Source: a virus (Duplodnaviria; Caudoviricetes). Taken from it: 63,150 bases of DNA. Under the pieces are notes generated by a model. That model did no database searches and had not been told where the DNA came from. It was given only the letters and a program-made list of their open reading frames with translations. Shown here piece after piece: positions 55,709 to 63,119 of this stretch. Both the position numbers and the translations under genes were made by a program. How positions within the stretch are numbered: position 1 is the first letter of the stretch; each line of letters starts with the position of its first letter. The stretch spans positions 1 to 63,150 of IMG/VR virus record IMGVR_UViG_3300045974_000110; one strand, given 5' to 3'.

Positions 55709-56635
55709 TCAGTCCTTGGTGGCCCCGCGCACGCCCTTCTCGTTCTGGCCGGGGGTGACGCCGTTGAGCGACACCTTGCCCGACGCCGGGAAGAGACGGG
55801 CCGAGATGGCACCGGCGCTGGGCGCGTCGTCGCCGTACTCGGTCGACTTGTGCGTGCGGATCTCCGCGACCGTCAGGAACGCACCCGAGGGCTGCTCCGC
55901 GAAGGCCGACTCGATGTGCGCGCCCACGTCACGGCGAGTGCCCGTGAAGGGGGTGCCGGTGCCAGCCGACTTCGCGCCGGGCGCCTTGCCCGAGGCGACG
56001 CGCAGTGCGGAACGGGCGACGTAGCCCAGGCTGGGGGCCTCACCCTTCGCCTCGTCCGTGTTGGCCTCCCACGCCTTGTAGGCGCTGATCTCGCCCTGCG
56101 CCGTGGCGATGACCGGGGCGACCTTCTCGCTCCAGTCGCTGGCCACGCCGTCCGGCACGTCAGCCGTGACGAGGGCGTACCCGAGCTGGGCACCGGCGAC
56201 CTTGGCGACGAACCCCTCGGTGGGGTCTGCCGGGGCCTTCGGCTCCTTCGGGGTGGACGGCGCCTTGGCGGTCAGGCTGTCCTGCACCGCGACGAAGGCA
56301 CGGGCAGTGGCGATGTCGTTGTTGCCCATCGCCTCGCGCATCCCGTCGCCGAGGTGCTCCTTGGCCTTGTTCTTGGCCTTGACGCTGGGCAGGTCGCGGT
56401 ACGCGGCCTGGACCGGCGCGAGGCTGGCCTCGGGAACGGTGCCGGTCGAGGCGTCGGCCTCGGCGACGGCAGCCGTGGTGGCGGACTTGAACTCGGTGAG
56501 GTCGAACGCGACCTCGACCTTGGCCTCCTTGACGGGGGCCTCGGTGGTGTCGGCCTCGGTCGCCTCGACGACGTCGGTCTCGACGGTGGACTCAGTGGCC
56601 TCGGGGGCCTCGGCCTTGCTGTCACGACGAGCCAT
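55709..56635 (-). CDS. Ala-rich early protein, paralogous C-terminus to 60950-61624
   Basis: AGGAGG RBS, own promoter, extreme GC3 bias. Confidence 0.8.
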   Translation of the reverse strand: MARRDSKAEAPEATESTVETDVVEATEADTTEAPVKEAKVEVAFDLTEFKSATTAAVAEADASTGTVPEASLAPVQAAYRDLPSVKAKNKAKEHLGDGMREAMGNNDIATARAFVAVQDSLTAKAPSTPKEPKAPADPTEGFVAKVAGAQLGYALVTADVPDGVASDWSEKVAPVIATAQGEISAYKAWEANTDEAKGEAPSLGYVARSALRVASGKAPGAKSAGTGTPFTGTRRDVGAHIESAFAEQPSGAFLTVAEIRTHKSTEYGDDAPSAGAISARLFPASGKVSLNGVTPGQNEKGVRGATKD

Positions 56636-56709
56636 GTGAACGTACCTCCTGTGCGGGTCGCGCCGTCCTGACCAGGGTGTCGGGACCGTCACGCTTCTTG
56701 CCTAGGACG

Positions 56710-56738
56710 AACCTAGCGGAACCGTAGGCACGGGTCAA
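56710..56738 (-). promoter_or_regulatory. Putative SigA-type promoter
   Basis: TTGACC-N17-TAGGTT on - strand. Confidence 0.55.
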
Positions 56739-56818
56739 GCCCTTGTGCCAACGAATCCAGCCGGATCGACCCAGGAACGGTGACCAATCCACTATCGGAC
56801 TCGCCACCGAACCTGGGA

Positions 56819-56941
56819 CTACCTCAGCCAGGGATTGCGCTGGAGGATCTTCTTGTCGCCACGGCGACACGCGATCTCGTAGACGCCTGCGAGGATCGCC
56901 ATCGAGGCGATAAACGCGCAGAACGTGAGGAACTCAGACAA
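56819..56941 (-). CDS. Small membrane peptide
   Basis: GGAGG RBS before TTG; one TM. Confidence 0.45.
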   Translation of the reverse strand: MSEFLTFCAFIASMAILAGVYEIACRRGDKKILQRNPWLR

Positions 56942-57236
56942 GACGACCTCCGGCGGTGACGACCGGGCCAGACGCGCCCAGCAGGTAGCGGTGGGGGTGA
57001 GGCGTGCGAGTGCTGTAGTTGCGCGACTCGAAGAAGATCGCAGGCTCCACGATCTCCTCGCCTCGCGCGAACTCTGGGCGCGCAACCGTGGTCACAGCCT
57101 TGATCTTAACCTGGCCGGTGTACGGCTCGGTGAAGACGCTGACGATCTTGACCGGGATCTTGCGCTCGAGAGGCGTGACGTAGTTGGCCAGGTCGCCCTG
57201 CTTGAGCAGGTGGAACGCGAGCTTGGTGTCAGCCAT
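56934..57236 (-). CDS. Hypothetical protein
   Basis: Operon packing. Confidence 0.6.
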   Translation of the reverse strand: MADTKLAFHLLKQGDLANYVTPLERKIPVKIVSVFTEPYTGQVKIKAVTTVARPEFARGEEIVEPAIFFESRNYSTRTPHPHRYLLGASGPVVTAGGRLV

Positions 57237-57237
57237 G

Positions 57238-57474
57238 TCAGGCTACCTGTCGGACGATGGAGGTGAACGTCGTCGCGCCGTCGTCGATCTTCCACGTCCA
57301 GACGAACGGGGTGCTGTTCATGTCAGGCGCGGTGTACTCGATGATGCCGGGAAGGGCACCCCAGGTGTTGACGAACGTGTACATCGACTGCATGGCATCC
57401 ACCATGTCAGCGTGTGTCTCATCGACGTGGACACTTGCGTCTGTGTCCTCTGTGATCCGTACTTGGTACGGCAT
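57238..57474 (-). CDS. Hypothetical protein
   Basis: AAGGAGG RBS; coupled. Confidence 0.6.
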   Translation of the reverse strand: MPYQVRITEDTDASVHVDETHADMVDAMQSMYTFVNTWGALPGIIEYTAPDMNSTPFVWTWKIDDGATTFTSIVRQVA

Positions 57475-57743
57475 CAGTCGTCCTCCTTGGTGATGTAGAT
57501 GATCCCGTCCTGGGTGGTGTTCTCGTCGCCGTCGAGCTCGGTGTACTCGACGTGGATCTCGATCTGACGTCCCGAGGGGTCGTCAGGCGTGGGGAAGAAC
57601 TTGATGGTGTCGGGGTCGAAGTCGGCCTCGATGTGCGCGGTGAGGAGTGCCGCGACAGCCTCGTTCAGGCTGTCGAAACGCTGCTCCACCAAAGGTGGTG
57701 CGTCTGTGTCATCGAGGTTAACGATGACGAGCGTGTAGCTCAT
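57474..57743 (-). CDS. Acidic hypothetical protein
   Basis: GGGAGG RBS. Confidence 0.65.
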   Translation of the reverse strand: MSYTLVIVNLDDTDAPPLVEQRFDSLNEAVAALLTAHIEADFDPDTIKFFPTPDDPSGRQIEIHVEYTELDGDENTTQDGIIYITKEDD

Positions 57744-57793
57744 GACGAAGTGCCTCCCTAACTGATGGGGTCTTGTTCCTCTGGTACACGTCT

Positions 57794-57822
57794 ATTGTAC
57801 CACGGCCTGGCCCAAAGGTGAA
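57794..57822 (-). promoter_or_regulatory. Putative extended -10 promoter
   Basis: TTCACC-N17 (ending TGG)-TACAAT on - strand. Confidence 0.5.
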
Positions 57823-57858
57823 GAAAATACTTTGGGCCAGACTGTGGTGCGACAGGCA

Positions 57859-58083
57859 CTATGCCACTCGGCGCGACTCCGTCGGCATACCGTTCACCGA
57901 GAGGCAGTGACCCTTGCGCTGGATGTACTCGGCGGCGAGGTCGCAGACCTTCACGGTGCCGCAGCACTCGGTCTCGAAGGTCTGAGTTGCGGGCTCCTGG
58001 TCGTCACAGAGCTCACACACGCGGATCGGCTCGGGAAGGATCTTGTGCGTACAGACCTTCTCGAAGCAGTCGGTGTACTTCAT
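57859..58083 (-). CDS. Cys-rich hypothetical protein
   Basis: Coupled; multiple Cys. Confidence 0.55.
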   Translation of the reverse strand: MKYTDCFEKVCTHKILPEPIRVCELCDDQEPATQTFETECCGTVKVCDLAAEYIQRKGHCLSVNGMPTESRRVA

Positions 58084-58415
58084 GAGCGCTTCATCCCTTC
58101 ACGAGCCTTGAACAGTGCGGTGCGCTGGGTGGCCTTGGGGCGACTCATCTTGATGGACACGATGAGGTCGCTGAACAGAAGCCAGTCGATGTCGAAGCTG
58201 TGCGAGTGCAGGATCATGGACCCGCTGACCATCTCCTCGGCAACTCCCGCAGCGTAGCGGACGCCGATCAGGTTGTCGAGCACCTGGGCCTTGTTGTCGA
58301 AGGTGGGGTGCTCCAGCCAGGTGTCAACCCTGTTGAGAACAGCGCTGACGTTGCGACGCACGACTCGGTCGACCTCGGTGTGAGGCGCGAGGTCGAAGGG
58401 CGACCTGCTACCCAT
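58080..58415 (-). CDS. Hypothetical protein
   Basis: Operon packing; start uncertain (58415/58427). Confidence 0.55.
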   Translation of the reverse strand: MGSRSPFDLAPHTEVDRVVRRNVSAVLNRVDTWLEHPTFDNKAQVLDNLIGVRYAAGVAEEMVSGSMILHSHSFDIDWLLFSDLIVSIKMSRPKATQRTALFKAREGMKRS

Positions 58416-58416
58416 G

Positions 58417-58611
58417 CTACTCGCCACCGTTCGAGACGTGCTTCACGCCGCCGCAGGAGAGGCAGGAGATGATGCCGTTGCCGTACGAGTCGATCTCGTT
58501 GCGGGTCTGCATGTGAAGGCAGGCCGCGATCTTGCGCTCGAGGATCTCGAACTCGGTCTCCTCGATCATCTCGGCCAGCATCCTGCGCGCGAGCTTACTC
58601 TGGTGGGACAT
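58417..58611 (-). CDS. Small zinc-ribbon protein
   Basis: GGGAGG RBS; CLH..CLSC. Confidence 0.6.
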   Translation of the reverse strand: MSHQSKLARRMLAEMIEETEFEILERKIAACLHMQTRNEIDSYGNGIISCLSCGGVKHVSNGGE

Positions 58612-58703
58612 GGTCTTACCTCCCTGTTGGGGGTCTTGCCAGCACCGTGCTGACATAGCCAGGCCCAGCTTTTCGGGCTGGACCTGACTATGCGAGTACG
58701 AGA

Positions 58704-59201
58704 CTAGAATGTCGGCTTGAGCTGCTCTTGGATGGCCTGGATGGACTCGGCCTTCACTGCAGCCTGACGGGCGATCTCCTCCATCGCCTCACCGTACCAG
58801 TGGAAGCGCTCCCACACCGGGCTCATGTCGGCCCAGGTGGGGGTGTCGGCAGCTTCTTCGTCGAACTGCTTGCGGCTGAACGTACTGAAGTTGCGCGACT
58901 CGAACACGGTCGAGAGGTACCACTCCATCGGCTCAGGTCCGCAGTCGGCGTGCGCCTCGATCATGTCTGCCGCGATCTCGGTGATCGGAACTCTGGGGTA
59001 AGCACGCGGGCTCACCTCGAGCTCGGCGACCAACCAGGCGCACATGTCCGCGAACATCTTGCCACGCAGCGCGTCGTAGTAGAACTCGCCCTGGTAGGAC
59101 AGGCGCGTGCGCGATCCGGCGGCGTTCCAGGAGATGGAAGCCGACAGCTCGGCAGCGTCCTTAAGTGCGGCCTTCTCGTGTGCGGTCCAGATTGACTTCA
59201 T
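58704..59201 (-). CDS. Hypothetical protein
   Basis: ATGA coupling. Confidence 0.65.
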   Translation of the reverse strand: MKSIWTAHEKAALKDAAELSASISWNAAGSRTRLSYQGEFYYDALRGKMFADMCAWLVAELEVSPRAYPRVPITEIAADMIEAHADCGPEPMEWYLSTVFESRNFSTFSRKQFDEEAADTPTWADMSPVWERFHWYGEAMEEIARQAAVKAESIQAIQEQLKPTF

Positions 59202-59602
59202 GATGCCTTCTCCGTCCGGAACTTGTTGGCGAGGATGTTGCTCATTGCGACGACGAGGTCGGCGCAGACGTCGAACGTGAGGCGCGGGAAGTCCTCGATC
59301 TGGTCGGTCTCGATGTTGTGGTACTGAACCTGCCAGCCCTCTTCGGCGCTGAGCGTCTCCTGTGACCTGGCGAGCGGACCCGAGATGTACAGGTACTCGT
59401 CGGAGAACACCTGCTGGTCGTCGACCTTCGCACCGATGCTGACTACGACTCCGAACAGCCAGGTGCGACCGTCCGCGATCTCGATCACGCAGTCGTCGTC
59501 GATGTCACCGAGCAGACGAGAGTGGATCTTCTCGTTCTCGGCCTGACGGGCCTTGACGATGTTGCTGGACACAACTTCTGCCCAGTTGTAACGCGATACC
59601 AT
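59198..59602 (-). CDS. Hypothetical protein
   Basis: GGGAGG RBS. Confidence 0.65.
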   Translation of the reverse strand: MVSRYNWAEVVSSNIVKARQAENEKIHSRLLGDIDDDCVIEIADGRTWLFGVVVSIGAKVDDQQVFSDEYLYISGPLARSQETLSAEEGWQVQYHNIETDQIEDFPRLTFDVCADLVVAMSNILANKFRTEKAS

Positions 59603-59696
59603 AACCTCCCCTTTCAGGGGTCAGTAGTACTTACCAATCTGGCAAGCACGACCAGGCTCACCCAACTAAGGGCGAGCCTGATCGTGCGCGTCAGAG

Positions 59697-59807
59697 CTAC
59701 TTGCGCTTGGACCTTCCTACCTCAACACCGAGCAGGTAGGAGATGATGAGTGCTGCAGAGATCAACAGGGAGAAGGCACCCCACGGCAAGATGTCGAGGA
59801 ACATCAT
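59697..59807 (-). CDS. 36-aa membrane peptide
   Basis: MMFLDILPWGAFSLLISAALIISYLLGVEVGRSKRK; ATGA coupling. Confidence 0.45.
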   Translation of the reverse strand: MMFLDILPWGAFSLLISAALIISYLLGVEVGRSKRK

Positions 59808-60046
59808 GCCACCGTGGTCTCAGGTGTGAGGGGGACGATGCGGATCTCGGTGATGCCCAACTCGTTGACACCGTAGAAGTTGCAGAGCGACTTCTGCATG
59901 GCGAGGATGGCCTCACCGATCTCGTAGAACTGCGGGCGAAGCGGCTTGTTGTTCTCGTCTCCGAACAACAGCGCCTCGGATGTCCAGGTGATCTTGGGAG
60001 CGGTATCTCCCAGCATCTGGTCGAACGTGATGAAGATCTCGTACAT
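59804..60046 (-). CDS. Hypothetical protein
   Basis: Preceded by the conserved leader motif. Confidence 0.55.
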   Translation of the reverse strand: MYEIFITFDQMLGDTAPKITWTSEALLFGDENNKPLRPQFYEIGEAILAMQKSLCNFYGVNELGITEIRIVPLTPETTVA

Positions 60047-60141
60047 GAGACTGTGCCACCCTTCGGGGTCAGTGTTGCTACTCACCTATCTGGTGAGCAT
60101 AGCAGGCTCCAGACTTACGGGCCTGGAGCCCACTATGCTGA

Positions 60142-60363
60142 TCAGCTAGCGAGGTGCAGGTAGTGCTTGTAGGCCTCATCGGCCTCGCGGCTGGCACTTT
60201 CGGCAGCCTGGATGGAGGCTAGGGTTGCGTTGGCGCGTGAGGCCCGATCCAGAAGGATGCTGGCCTTGTCGGTCAGGCGTGTGAACTTACGCCACGCCTG
60301 GTCACGGTCTTTGTCGGCCTGTGTGCGGCCGAACATGGATGGCTGTCCGTATCCGAGTGCCAT
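60142..60363 (-). CDS. Hypothetical protein
   Basis: Follows upstream stop; helical. Confidence 0.5.
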   Translation of the reverse strand: MALGYGQPSMFGRTQADKDRDQAWRKFTRLTDKASILLDRASRANATLASIQAAESASREADEAYKHYLHLAS

Positions 60364-60365
60364 GA

Positions 60366-60704
60366 TCAGTGCCAGACCTTTCGGTACAGGTCGAACGTCT
60401 TCACGCCGTCGATCTTGAGCGGCATGTCCGGAAGCATCTTGTACCTTCCGTCGGTCTTCGTCCACATCCAGGCCTCACTGTAGACGGTCTGGATGCGATC
60501 GGTGTAGCGGGTCTCACTGAACTTCACACGCCCGACCACCAGAACGATCTTCGCGTCACTGATGACGCATCCGGTGATCTCCTCGTACTGTCCGAGGTGG
60601 AATCGCTTGCCCGTCAGCGCCTTGATCAGAGCCAGCTGCTGGTACGGGGTCAGGCCGTCAGCCGTCAGCTCGGTGCTGACGACCTCGTACGGCTTTTCGG
60701 TCAT
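60366..60704 (-). CDS. Hypothetical protein
   Basis: GGGAGG RBS. Confidence 0.65.
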   Translation of the reverse strand: MTEKPYEVVSTELTADGLTPYQQLALIKALTGKRFHLGQYEEITGCVISDAKIVLVVGRVKFSETRYTDRIQTVYSEAWMWTKTDGRYKMLPDMPLKIDGVKTFDLYRKVWH

Positions 60705-60803
60705 GATGTGCCTCCCCTTTCAGGGGTCAGGGGGGTATCCCCAACTTTCGGACTTTCCTGACTTTGTCAACTATGGCCCACTAAGGGCTGAACAGTCAAC
60801 AAG

Positions 60804-60876
60804 TGCTCGCCGGGGGAGTCGAACCCCCAGACGCGCGCCCAGAGCGATCAGGCGCGCGTCAGCCAGGTGGGCAAGC
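60804..60876 (-). ncRNA. 73-nt tRNA-like RNA lacking a D-stem
   Basis: 7-bp acceptor GCUUGCC/GGCGAGC plus discriminator A; T-arm GGGGG-UUCGACU-CCCCC; 10-bp central stem; 9-nt unpaired linker containing UGG. Confidence 0.65.
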
Positions 60877-60888
60877 GCCACCAGGCCC

Positions 60889-60922
60889 CCTGACCGCCAT
60901 CCGGTGAAAGATGGCGGTCAGG
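60889..60922 (-). terminator. Stem-loop after first early gene
   Basis: CCTGACCGCCATC...GATGGCGGTCAGG. Confidence 0.65.
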
Positions 60923-60949
60923 TGACCTAGGGGTGAACGGAAGGTGTCA

Positions 60950-61624
60950 CTAGGCGATCTTGACCGCGCCCTGGTTCGTACGGTCGGCATTCATGCGGGG
61001 CTCGACACCGGTGAGGGTGCAGGCCGATCCGTCACGCGGGAACAGCCGCGCGGCGATTGCGCCATCCGACGGTGCGCCTGCGGCACGGGCGATTTCGCCG
61101 CAGGTCAGGAAGGTGCCGGGCTCGACGTCGACGAAGGCGTCGTCGACGTAGGCCTGGACCGATCCGCGCGGAGCCTTGGTGCCGGTTCCGCCGACGATCT
61201 TGGACAGGCGTTCGATTGTGGCGGTGTCGCTCTCCGTGACCGTGTAGTTACGGATCGCAGCCGCGTCGAAGTCGAACGTCTGTGCGATTCGCCCGGCGGC
61301 GACGGTGAGGAGGGCTGCCGTCCGGATTGCGGCGACCTTGGGGTCGACCTGCGGACGGACACTCACCGTGACGAGGGCCTCACGGATCGTCATCCAGGCA
61401 CGGGCTGCGGCGATGTCCATGTCGCGCACGGCCTGGTCACGCTGCGTTTCCGTCCATGTGCGGGCAGTGGCCTTGTCACCCTGGGTGAGCGAGGCGTAGC
61501 TGTCGGTCACGGTGGCCAGGTCACTCTCGGTGACGATTCCGGTCCCCATGTCACGCAGGGTGAAGACGGCCTGCGCGGCGGTGGTGAACGACAGGTTAAC
61601 GCTGGTGGTGATTGTGGTGGACAT
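60950..61624 (-). CDS. First leftward early protein, paralogous C-terminus to 55709-56635
   Basis: GGGAGG RBS; FLT..EI..APS.GAI.ARLFP. Confidence 0.75.
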   Translation of the reverse strand: MSTTITTSVNLSFTTAAQAVFTLRDMGTGIVTESDLATVTDSYASLTQGDKATARTWTETQRDQAVRDMDIAAARAWMTIREALVTVSVRPQVDPKVAAIRTAALLTVAAGRIAQTFDFDAAAIRNYTVTESDTATIERLSKIVGGTGTKAPRGSVQAYVDDAFVDVEPGTFLTCGEIARAAGAPSDGAIAARLFPRDGSACTLTGVEPRMNADRTNQGAVKIA

Positions 61625-61741
61625 TTCGTGCCTCCCGATAGGGGTCGCCGTTCGATTCTGATAATCGAACGGTCACGGCGCGTCACATTCGGCCTTTTTC
61701 AGGCTTTTCAGGCTTTTCCGACTATTGCGACTAAAGGGCGC

Positions 61742-62376
61742 AAATCGGACATTTCGGCCTGGAATGTGACTCACCGTAATCGGCACGGTCACACCTAGTG
61801 AGGGCAAATCGAACACGTAATCGAACAGCCGTCCGACTTTCGGACGGATGTACGAAATGTCCGTTTTGTCCTACCTTGACCCTATTGAGTTGGAAAGTAA
61901 CGATATGTCACCGTTTGTCCCGATATGGTCTCTTCGTACCCATATGGGCCTTTCGGGCATATTGTCCCATATTGGGCGTTAAGTCCCAATATGAGGCGAT
62001 ATGTCCGTTTTAGGCGTGATGCCCGATACACCACGGTTCGCACGGGATTGTCGGTTCTGCCCCACATTCGTCACATTTGACCAGAATGGGCCAAAGGCCC
62101 GGAATGGTACGAATGTACTTAATGTCCCGAATGTTCACTTTGTCCGCCTTGTCCATGATGTCCGTTTTGTCCGTTCCAGCCGATGGCCTACGGCCATCCT
62201 ATGCCCGTGTAAGCGGTTACACAAGAAAATGTGACGCGCGTCACACGAATCAGTCCGATATGTCTGAAATGTCCGTTTTGGAAATCCGCATAGCGGGCAT
62301 GTTCGATTAAGTAATCGAACGGCTTTACGATACGGTGCGTGTCGTTTGCTTTTGTTACATCGGACAAAACGGACAT
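61742..62376. repeat. Dispersed ATGTCCGTTTT repeats
   Basis: Exact copies at 61857, 62001, 62158, 62269; inverted copy 62366-62376; inverted variant 61742-61752. Confidence 0.85.
62230..62245. promoter_or_regulatory. CRP/GlxR-type palindrome
   Basis: TGTGA-CGCGCG-TCACA. Confidence 0.6.
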
Positions 62377-62430
62377 CTCGGGCACTTTTCCGCTATGCGG
62401 ATTCACATGTTCACGAACACCGCATAGCGG
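62286..62430. repeat. Three CCGCATAGCGG pseudo-palindromes
   Basis: 62286-62296, inverted 62390-62400, 62420-62430. Confidence 0.8.
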
Positions 62431-62499
62431 GCATGGTTACCGAGGTTAGTTGAAGATGAAACGATCTTGAAGTAAACGGTTACATGGGCACGTCTGTAA

Positions 62500-62851
62500 T
62501 CGAACACTCGTTCGATTAGTGCGGGCGTACGGCGCGGGATTCGTACACCAGTCCGATTGAAGCTTCAATCGTACATGTGTACGCCTACACGCCTTAATGC
62601 GACTGGTGTTCGATTAGTTGTGGATAGGGGACTCGACGACATGTCGATGTGCCGATTTGTCGACATGTTGACATGTCGGTGTGGCTCGGAGTCGAACACA
62701 TGTACTATTGAGTCCTATTGCGACTCGTGTTCGATTAGGTAGGGGGATATCGAACGTCTGTTCGATTGAAGAATCAACCGTACAGGTGTACGATTCCCGC
62801 GTGAAAGTCGAACATGTGTCCGATAACACACATTATCGAACGTGTGTACGA
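62500..62851. promoter_or_regulatory. Array of LexA/SOS-box-like palindromes (TCGAAC-N4-GTTCGA)
   Basis: Perfect at 62500 and 62750; one mismatch at 62808 and 62836; degenerate at 62541, 62569, 62598, 62692, 62719, 62778. Confidence 0.8.
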
Positions 62852-63067
62852 AAGCCATTCTCGTTGAATCGTCAACTACCCCCGGTCCGAAAATCGGACG
62901 GCCCCCCGGTGGGGGCGCGCTCTCAAGGCACAGTTTACGCGCACAACTTTTTTCAGATCTGATACCGTAAGAACGACTTGTCATCACCACATGTTTAGCC
63001 GATTAGGCTAGTCCCACCCACAGGGAAACACATCTTGTTTGATAAGTACCAGTCCTCTACCCCCGAA

Positions 63068-63119
63068 TGCTCTATATGATGGTATATCCCATATATATGC
63101 TCTATATTATGCTCTATAT
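63068..63119. repeat. AT-rich ATGCTCTATAT direct repeats (3 copies)
   Basis: Starts at about 63068, 63098, 63109 in the most AT-rich tract. Confidence 0.7.

Noticed and set aside
60804-60876. Canonical tRNA-Ala(CGC)
   Set aside because: A UCGC loop can be drawn, but there is no D-stem, the arm is 10-12 bp and position 37 would be a pyrimidine; kept as tRNA-like only.
61672-61912. GTNAC-N5-GTNAC repeats as MtrA/GlnR boxes
   Set aside because: Two loose matches only, and I am unsure of the spacing consensus.
62500-62851. CRISPR array interpretation of the regularly spaced palindromes
   Set aside because: Units are degenerate 16-mers with gaps of about 12-14 nt, too short and variable for repeat-spacer structure.
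61798-62990. Short ORFs listed in the terminal region
   Set aside because: No convincing RBS, atypical codon use, peptides merely reflect DNA repeats.
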